Source of the DNA: a virus
Lineage: Duplodnaviria > Caudoviricetes
IMG/VR virus record: IMGVR_UViG_3300033481_000001
Location: 1 to 63,863 of that record
Length of the DNA: 63,863 nucleotides
Strand: one strand, 5' to 3'
A program made the position numbers and the translations under genes. Below, piece after piece: positions 56,585 through 63,863 of the stretch. Numbering within the stretch: the stretch's first letter is position 1; each line of letters opens with the position of its first letter. A model generated the notes under the pieces. That model was not told where the DNA came from, made no database searches, and worked only from the letters and a program-made list of their open reading frames with translations.

Positions 56585-57994
56585 TCACCTCTTGCGGAAG
56601 TAGCTGGCGGGGCCGGGTTCTTCGAGCAGGTGTCGGAAGGCTCCTGATAGCGCATCTACGGCATCGTCGTGCACCTTCGGATCTGGGAACGCCTCAAGCT
56701 GACCGAAGAACTGGTCATTCCATGGCCCCCTAACGACGTCGATGTGCTGGTGCTGCCACTGGGCCGCACAAGGTTCCGCCCGGGTTTCCTTGTCGCCAGT
56801 CTCGCGCTCTGCATAGACGTCGCTGCCGGCAAGATCAAGAATGTAGCTGTCTGCCTGGTCCTTGCCGGCCTGGGCTGGGTCCTGGGGGACACCGACGGAA
56901 CACCTTTCGCCATCGTCCTTGGCAACCCGCTGGATGAGTGCGCGCACTTCTCCAGATCGCTTCCGTGCGAACTCGGCATGCAGCACCACGAATCGCCCAT
57001 CAGGATAGCGCCCAAGCTTCACGCCGCATGTCCAGTCCGGATTCTTGTTCGTCTCGGTCGGCTCGCTGGCAGCCAAGTCCCACCGTCGAGTTGACGCCAC
57101 GACGTTTGAGGGAGCCACGTCGAGCATGTGGACGTCGCTCTTCTTGAAGTAGCTGCCCGACGAAGCGCGCACCTTCCAGTTGCCTTCGAGTAGGCGCGCT
57201 CGATTGACGCGAGTCATTGCGAGCAGCTTCCCGCGGTAGCGCGGATCTTTGTCCACCATACGCGGGTTGTCGTCGAGGGTGCCCGGGATGAAGGTCAGAC
57301 TCTGCACGTCCATCGCCGTCAGCCCGCTTCCAGGCGGAACGGTGGCGAGCACCTCGCGCCTGCTGCTCCCCCACACCATTTCGCCGTCGATGCGCGTGAA
57401 GTAGCGCAGCTTCCCGGCTCGTTCCTTGATGGGGAAGCCAGTCTCTTGGTCAATCCACCACTCGATCAGCTTCGCCACCCACGAGTCAGGGTCAGGGTTG
57501 CACGTCGCGAGCGTGTAGGGCTTGATGCCGCAGCCTGAGCGGTTGCGCGATTGCAGGTACCAGAACTGAGAATCCAAGAAGTGCGTCAGCTCGTCGAAGA
57601 TGAGCAGCGCTATCTGCGACCCCTGCTTGTGATAGACCGTGTTCTCATACTGCAGGTGATCCATCGAGATGCGCGCACCCGATGGCCATCGCCACTCGGC
57701 CGTGTGCTCAAGCGGCTTCGCGCCCATGGGCAGGTACAACTTGACGCTTTCATCCCACAAGCCGCCCTGGTCGCGAATTTCTTCCATCGAGCGCCGGAAG
57801 AACGTGCAGCGGAAGTCTGGCAGGTGCACCCACTTCACCGGGGCGAGGAGCTCGGCGTACGACTTGCCAGAACCGCCGGCGCCACCTCCTATCGTGATGT
57901 CTGCTGGAGATGACAGAAATCGAGTCTGAAACCCTGGCTGTGGGCCGACGACGATCTCTCCGTCGTCACTTCGAGCTGTCGCTTGGCTCGCCAT
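56585..57994 (-). CDS. terL: Terminase large subunit
   Basis: GGAGGSGKS, IFDELTHF, TCNP, WDLA, HDDAVDA. Confidence 0.95.
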   Translation of the reverse strand: MASQATARSDDGEIVVGPQPGFQTRFLSSPADITIGGGAGGSGKSYAELLAPVKWVHLPDFRCTFFRRSMEEIRDQGGLWDESVKLYLPMGAKPLEHTAEWRWPSGARISMDHLQYENTVYHKQGSQIALLIFDELTHFLDSQFWYLQSRNRSGCGIKPYTLATCNPDPDSWVAKLIEWWIDQETGFPIKERAGKLRYFTRIDGEMVWGSSRREVLATVPPGSGLTAMDVQSLTFIPGTLDDNPRMVDKDPRYRGKLLAMTRVNRARLLEGNWKVRASSGSYFKKSDVHMLDVAPSNVVASTRRWDLAASEPTETNKNPDWTCGVKLGRYPDGRFVVLHAEFARKRSGEVRALIQRVAKDDGERCSVGVPQDPAQAGKDQADSYILDLAGSDVYAERETGDKETRAEPCAAQWQHQHIDVVRGPWNDQFFGQLEAFPDPKVHDDAVDALSGAFRHLLEEPGPASYFRKR

Positions 57995-58409
57995 CGTCTG
58001 GGTCCGGGTCGTCTGGACCCCTGCCGTTGTCTGGAAGGTACGCAACAACGCGCAGTGGAGCCCCATCCTGCCCGCTTAGTTCAACTTGCTGCTTTGCCTT
58101 CCCAGCCTTCTGCTCGACGAGCAGCTTACGATCGCCAGCCCCCTTGATGCCGGGAATCAGCGCGGTCTGATACGCGGCCATCAAGACGTTCTGGAATCTC
58201 GTCTGAGGCTTTCCAGCCTCGGCAGGTTCGTCCAGAAAAGCAGCGATCAGCGACTGGGCGCGACGCCATCCGTTGACGCCTTCCCTGTTTCCGGTCTCAC
58301 CTGGCTTGAACGCGTTGCGCCTGAGAGCCTCACGTGTTGCTGGATGGTTGCCTCGGCCAGAAGTGTCAGCAACCCCGTCGCTGCTTGGGTGCAATTCGTC
58401 TTCTGCCAC
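57966..58409 (-). CDS. terS: Terminase small subunit
   Basis: FKPGETGN, GKAKQQVELSGQDGAPL; TTGACT-N17-GACGGT-N6-GTG upstream. Confidence 0.75.
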   Translation of the reverse strand: MAEDELHPSSDGVADTSGRGNHPATREALRRNAFKPGETGNREGVNGWRRAQSLIAAFLDEPAEAGKPQTRFQNVLMAAYQTALIPGIKGAGDRKLLVEQKAGKAKQQVELSGQDGAPLRVVAYLPDNGRGPDDPDPDDGEPSDSSK

Positions 58410-58483
58410 ACCACTACCGTCCCCCATCTGCCACGCCTAGTCAACACTGTGCCATGTGACAAGCGATAGCTTACGTATTGGGA

Positions 58484-59206
58484 CTACCAGCAATAACGCG
58501 GTTTCTTGCCGAGGTGCGCTTTCGCGGTGTTCTCGGTATCCTCGCTTACGGAACTCGCGTCACCGTTTGGCATCAAAGTAGGCACGCTTACAATCTTGCC
58601 ATTTCGCCTCACCGTCGGATCAACAGATTTCTCTTGACACCAAGATGGAACGGTGCGTGTAATTTTCCCACGTGCGCGTGCAGAAGATCTCGGCTTACTC
58701 CTGCCTCTGAATTGCGAAGCAGCTAACGCACACGGTGGAGGGAAGTCATCCCATGCATCGTGAGCAATCGTTGACGCCAATAACGCCGCTTTGGCTCGCT
58801 TGATGTCGTCCCACCCTGTGCCGAGTTCGGCGCGTTCTCCACCGGCATCGATGTTGAGAAGATCGCCACGGGCACGGAACCACGCTATCCACTGCATTTC
58901 GCAGACCTGCCAGTCTCTAACCACGTTCTGCAGCTTCACGATCTCGGGACGCAATCCGCACCTGCGCAGGTCGGAAAACCATGCTCTCGTTCGCGAATTC
59001 GTTGGCCTGCGAAGATGCCAATCAAGCCTGAATTGCAGCGACTTGTTGGTGACGCCGACGTAGCGGACGGTGAGATCGCGCGGGTCAACTAGCGCATACA
59101 CTTTGAGAGCGCGTCCGTTGTTTGCCGATACGACGGGCACACGCGAAAGCTCGACGAAGTTGGTTGTCACGACGTCTATTCTACTCCACTTCCCGTCGCT
59201 GGCCAC
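58484..59206 (-). CDS. GIY-YIG endonuclease
   Basis: VYALVDPR...RYVGVT...R..H, E.QWI, LLNIDAGG. Confidence 0.85.
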   Translation of the reverse strand: MASDGKWSRIDVVTTNFVELSRVPVVSANNGRALKVYALVDPRDLTVRYVGVTNKSLQFRLDWHLRRPTNSRTRAWFSDLRRCGLRPEIVKLQNVVRDWQVCEMQWIAWFRARGDLLNIDAGGERAELGTGWDDIKRAKAALLASTIAHDAWDDFPPPCALAASQFRGRSKPRSSARARGKITRTVPSWCQEKSVDPTVRRNGKIVSVPTLMPNGDASSVSEDTENTAKAHLGKKPRYCW

Positions 59207-59670
59207 TTCATCCGATGCTACATCCGCCTGATGTCTTCGAGCATCTCCGGCGGTATCGGCGTTGTCGGCACGTCACGCCATTCGCTCCCGTCCACGATTC
59301 GCTGGAGTTCCTCGATGGTTCTGGCCAGCCTAGCCGCTACCGCTTCCGCCCGTTTGATCGTTTCTTCCACCTGCATCTCCTTCCTCGCTGTCCCTTCGTT
59401 TCGTGCGCACCACCTCGCGCGTCGTCTTGACCAGGCGCCACTCGACGATGGAACGATTCATCTGCTGGTCTCGCTCCGGTGATGTCGTAGCCGCTAGGAA
59501 TGCCTCCGTCGGAGCACAAGGGTAGCTGTAGTGTTTCCACGAGCTGTCATCGTCGGTGCGGTACTCGATGGCCCATGTGATCTCGATGTTCAACCACCTG
59601 CAGACATCGCACGTGTCGTTTCCGCACACTATCGGGATAGTGATCTCTCGACGTTCCACTCTACCGTCGC

Positions 59671-61542
59671 TCACTTGGCACCGTCCTTCCCCGCGTTCTT
59701 CGCGTCCAGGCACGTGTAGCAGTTCCCGCGCTCGTCCTGCTCGTGGCCGGCGTGCTGGTTTGACTTCACCGATCGTCGCCAGTTCCGGTTCACATGGTCG
59801 CAGAAGTACGGCCCAAGGCGATCTGGTATTCCTTCGGTGCGCACGAAGAAGAACCGGTGTTTCCCAACCGTGTTGAACGCTTCCACTTTCGCCAGTACCC
59901 ATGGAGCATCATCGTCCGGCTCGACCTCGACCTGCTCGCCGATAGCAACGCGGCCGTCGTCGTGGCCGGCGTGCGGGTCGGCTGGCTGGTCGAGGTGAAG
60001 GATGGCGCGCATGGTGTTGCACGTCAAACAACTTTTGCTATGAGGCAGCGGTAAATGGTCCCACGCCAGCCGTCGCAGCTCCGCCAGTTCGCGCGCTGCC
60101 GTCCCCTCTGCCTGCTTGCTTCCGCATGTTCCAAGCGCTACGGCGAGAGCCGAATCGGACGAGTCACGCTCAGCCTTCAGCCGCGCGATCTCCGCCGCCT
60201 GCTCGTCGCTCTTTCGGCGCAGGTCGAGCACGTCCTGGTAGGCCACCGACCACCCGTAATCACCCTGCTTCGCCGGCTCTTTCGAGTCCCCTCCGTTGGC
60301 CACGACGCTACATCCTGCGAGCTGCACGGTGAGTTGTTCGATGCGCTCTCGCTGCTCGTCAGACTCGTCCATCTTCATTTCAACTGTCAATTCAAGGTCG
60401 TGTATGCGACCTGCCTGCTCGTCGAGCTTCTTGTCCGCCCACTGCTTCCATTCGTCTCGCTCGCGGGTCAGGCGCTCGACCTGCTGCTTGAGGTCGCGGA
60501 TCTCCACCTGGTAGTCGACGGCTAGCTTGTTCGCTTCCTTGGCGACGTGCTCTGCGCTGCCTAGCTTGGTTTTCAGTCGCTCGACCTCCGCCTGCAGCCG
60601 CTTGGCCGTTCCATGCCAGCTCGTGTGGCTGACGTCCTCGCTGGCTGTCGGATGCGCGCCGAGGTGGGCGAGGACGGCGCTGGAGTACCTGACCGCGTCG
60701 ACCTTGGCCCATTCGCCAACTCGTCCTGGCGCCGGATAGATTACGCCGTACACCTCTGAGCACAGCGGCTCGATTACCTTCGCCAGCTCCTCCACCGTCG
60801 GCAGCTTCGCGGGCTTCACCTTCTCGCGCTGTCGTTTGATAACCATTTCGACAAGCTTCCTTGGTTGCGGGCGTCCGTAGCTATCCGAAATTCTCCAATC
60901 GGCCAACACCTTGTCGATCTCCGCCTCGCTCAGCGGCTCGACGGCCAGCGCGGGGGATGGCTGCTCACTTATCGCCTCGGTGTGCCGGCGAACTTCATCC
61001 GCGGCCTTGCGCTCGACTGCCTGCATGGCAGGAGCTATCAGCTGCTCGTCAGGCTTCGCTTCCGCCTTCGCGCCGGGGCCGCAGGCGGAGAGCTGCTGGC
61101 ACGCCCAATCCTCCACCGGCGCCCAGGCCAAAACCTGATCTACAGACGTCCACCTGGCGGCGCGTTTTCCTTTGGCGAACTCCAGCAATTCTGCCAGCGC
61201 CTCGCGCCGCCCCTCCAGCTTTGCGGCGGGCAGCAGCTTGGCGTGCACCCACCTGACCACCTCGCGCCACTGATTCGCCTCTCCGGGATGTGGATTCTGC
61301 GTACTCGCGCTGCTGGACCACACGCCGGCCATCTGTCCCGCCTGGCCGTCGATGTCGGGGGCGGCGGGCGACATGTGCGCGTAGTCGGCGACGGCGATTT
61401 GCGGACAGAGCAGCTCGCGGGCCTTGCTCCCAAGCCGCGCGGCTTCGACGTCTCCGAACCAAGATCCATCCCATGCTTTGCGCAGTTCGCGTCCAATCTC
61501 CTTGTCGCTCATCTGCTGTCCCTCGGTCTTCTCGGTGGTCAC
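59671..61542 (-). CDS. Large mosaic coiled-coil hypothetical protein
   Basis: Heptad-rich centre; GTGA coupling. Confidence 0.7.
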   Translation of the reverse strand: MTTEKTEGQQMSDKEIGRELRKAWDGSWFGDVEAARLGSKARELLCPQIAVADYAHMSPAAPDIDGQAGQMAGVWSSSASTQNPHPGEANQWREVVRWVHAKLLPAAKLEGRREALAELLEFAKGKRAARWTSVDQVLAWAPVEDWACQQLSACGPGAKAEAKPDEQLIAPAMQAVERKAADEVRRHTEAISEQPSPALAVEPLSEAEIDKVLADWRISDSYGRPQPRKLVEMVIKRQREKVKPAKLPTVEELAKVIEPLCSEVYGVIYPAPGRVGEWAKVDAVRYSSAVLAHLGAHPTASEDVSHTSWHGTAKRLQAEVERLKTKLGSAEHVAKEANKLAVDYQVEIRDLKQQVERLTRERDEWKQWADKKLDEQAGRIHDLELTVEMKMDESDEQRERIEQLTVQLAGCSVVANGGDSKEPAKQGDYGWSVAYQDVLDLRRKSDEQAAEIARLKAERDSSDSALAVALGTCGSKQAEGTAARELAELRRLAWDHLPLPHSKSCLTCNTMRAILHLDQPADPHAGHDDGRVAIGEQVEVEPDDDAPWVLAKVEAFNTVGKHRFFFVRTEGIPDRLGPYFCDHVNRNWRRSVKSNQHAGHEQDERGNCYTCLDAKNAGKDGAK

Positions 61543-62027
61543 TTGCTGTCCCCCTTCGCCGTTACTGACAAATTTCGGAATCTCTCGACCTGTGCATCCG
61601 TCTCGGCGACGGCCTGCCGCCATGCTGAACGCGCCTGGGCCACGAACGAATCCTCTCCCTGCTGCGGACTCCCTACCAGGATGCGAGCAGCTTCCGCCTT
61701 GAGCTGGGTTGCGACGAGAACAAGCAGCGCGGACTCGCACCGCCATCGTCGCTCGCGTTCTGCCTGTTGCCGCTCGTCCATGGCGGACGTCTTCTCTCGC
61801 TTCGTCTTCTTGGTGGTCATCGGGCTTGCTCCCTTCGCTGCTCTGCTTGAGCGCATGCCATGGCGAACTCGACAGAGCCGCCCTGCTTGATCGTTCGGTA
61901 GTACTCACGCCGGGCGCGGATGCTCAGGTCTTCGTAGTTGGCGGGTGCCAGAATTTCCCCGTCTCTCGGCTGTTCACCTTCGGCCAGCAGTCGCACCTCT
62001 CCTCGCTCGTTCATCGTGTCCGTCCTT

Positions 62028-62291
62028 TCACGTTCTTCTCCATTGCTGAATCGTCATCATGTCGTCGGTGTCCATTCCCTCGTCTTGCCGCTGCCGAAAG
62101 CATCCCGTGCACAGCACCGGGCCGCGCGCGACCTCACCGCCGCAATCGTGGCAGAACCCGAGCGCGCGCTCCCGCTCCCGGCTGACGGCGCGGTCGATCT
62201 CGCGGACGATGTGGTCAAGCTCCCAGTCCTGCACTGGCCAGCCCCTCGCGCACAGCCGCTTCCGCAGCGCCTCGCGGTCAGCGCGCTTCAC
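62028..62291 (-). CDS. Small zinc-finger protein
   Basis: REIDRAV...CHDC...CTGC. Confidence 0.6.
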   Translation of the reverse strand: MKRADREALRKRLCARGWPVQDWELDHIVREIDRAVSRERERALGFCHDCGGEVARGPVLCTGCFRQRQDEGMDTDDMMTIQQWRRT

Positions 62292-62469
62292 TCGGCACCT
62301 TCGCGTTTCACAAATAATATCCTTCCTTTTCCTCGATCAAACATCGGAGATCCAAACTCCTTCGCCGAATTTGCTAATATTTCTTCCGCCTCCGACAGAG
62401 TGTCACACTCAATAGACTCCAAAAGATTCTTCCATCTTCCGTTAATCATCTCTTGAAACACAAACATAT

Positions 62470-62703
62470 TCACCACCCTCCGCGCCTTTGCATGCACTGT
62501 TTGCACAGTAATGGATTATCTACACCGTGCAGCATTTCACTGCAACAATCAAAACAGATGCCGAGTACCAGCGGTCGCGCCCGCTCCCGTCGCACCGCCC
62601 TGTCGACCTCTCTTGCTACTAGCTTGCAAACTCCCTCGTTGCTCGCCTCCCAGTCGGTCGCGCGGATTCGGGCGAGCAGCGCATCGCGGTCAGCCTTGCG
62701 CAT
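62470..62703 (-). CDS. Small zinc-finger protein, paralogue of 62028-62291
   Basis: REVDRAV...CFDC...CKQC; GGGAGG RBS. Confidence 0.6.
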   Translation of the reverse strand: MRKADRDALLARIRATDWEASNEGVCKLVAREVDRAVRRERARPLVLGICFDCCSEMLHGVDNPLLCKQCMQRRGGW

Positions 62704-63615
62704 TCGTATCCCTCCCGTTGCATTGCTTGCTCGCAGCTCGAATCGCTCGCAGCTTAGCGATGGCGAGTTCCGTTGTCGGGCAACATCCGGCCAGATATTC
62801 ATACATCCCGCCAAAGTCCTTCCCGAACCTCTCTTCATCGTAGCCGATCACAGGATCTGGCGCTGACCATTCATGCTCAGGACCTTGGCCTTCTGAGAAA
62901 CGCAGGCGTCCGTGCTTGCGGCCTAGAAACCTCGTCACGTCTTATCCTCCGTCCAGTCGTGAGCCCACGCTGCCAAGAACTCGTCGTGTGTCATGCGGAT
63001 CATCGAGCCCCATTCGTGCCCTGGACGCCACGACACGAAGTACACCTGCTCATCGGACACCATGTCGATGCGCAGGAGAGCGCCGTCGGCTCGCTCGAAC
63101 ACCGCGCCCTCGTGGAATTTCTCTGGCAGTTTCATTCGCGAGCCCCTTGATGCCAGTGCCCATCGCCCTCGTATGCCCATCGCGGGTGAGCCGCTCGGCA
63201 GATCCCCCACGCCGTCCATGGCCACAGCATGACGCCTTCCCATCTGCGAAAGACGATTCCGAAGAACAGGCAGACCATCGCGGTGTAACGCTTCACTTCG
63301 TCCCCTTCTGCAGCACGACGCGCCTGCGGTTGAGTTCTCGCACGATGTCCTCGGCTCTATTTGCCTCAGCAGCCAGGTGAAGCACAAGCACGCAGATATC
63401 ATCGAACGTAATAGCATCGGCGTACCCATCGCGCGCATGAACCCTCCACCGCCTGAACGGCGCCGGCTTGCGCTTTTCCTCTCTTGCGTGTTCGTCGCAG
63501 CGAAAAGAACCCGCCGGGGATCTCCACGTGGCTTGCCTGAAACACGTTTCATTCGTGCAGACAAGCCTGTCTCCGGCGATCCTGCGCCACTTCGGCGCCG
63601 GCTTGCGCGCGGTGC

Positions 63616-63863
63616 GCTTGGACTTCCACGCCGCACACATGGCGCCGTTTACTGCAGTTCTCCACAAGGTGGTAAGCACGCGGCATCTCCTGCTTTCACC
63701 AAGCTTCGCGTCTTCCGGCCAGTGCTTGCACGTCCCGCAACACCGCTTCGGCTTCGTCACTTGCGCACCTTCCCTTTCTTCGACGGTTCGCCTCTGCACG
63801 CGTCGCATAGCACGCTGACCCCGTTCGTTTGCCACCCGTTCATGCCGCAGATGAGACTAACGC
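63616..63863. repeat. Terminal direct repeat, right copy
   Basis: Matches 1-248. Confidence 0.95.

Noticed and set aside
1-63863. Stop-codon reassignment suggested by a phage release factor
   Set aside because: Long genes read intact in the standard code, and TGA (many ATGA overlaps), TAG (capsid, RF) and TAA (sheath) all act as stops.
63616-63863. Biological fixed terminal repeat
   Set aside because: It cuts through ordinary small ORFs and is more likely assembly overlap; the single mismatch may be population variation or error.

Overview
Apparently complete, circularly permuted ~63.6-kb GC-rich tailed phage genome; positions 1-248 recur at 63616-63863. Most genes are on the minus strand. 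The structural module predicts a contractile-tailed (myovirus-like) virion. Early genes include an O/DnaC-type replication pair, SSB, a RecE-like exonuclease with a Sak4-like ATPase, two DNA methyltransferases and an SspB homologue. I found no integrase, DNA polymerase, tRNA or CRISPR array. All family assignments come from motif recognition, not database searches. The best candidate for a new system is a compact RF1-like peptide release factor (20922-21582, minus). It lacks domain 1, has a PPN rather than PxT recognition loop, and has its own leaderless promoter. It can be made full-length only through a prfB-type +1 frameshift (AAG AGG TGT CTT TGA C) at a position not homologous to the prfB site. 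Other highlights: (1) an HNH endonuclease with its own promoter nested out of frame inside a methyltransferase gene that stays open; (2) an opposite-strand glycosyltransferase/FkbM/sulfotransferase cassette splitting the head operon; (3) five GTCCTAC repeats at exact 23-bp spacing beside a GATC cluster; (4) two candidate structured RNAs; (5) many leaderless sigma70-type promoters; (6) a signal-peptide-bearing tail-fibre paralogue.
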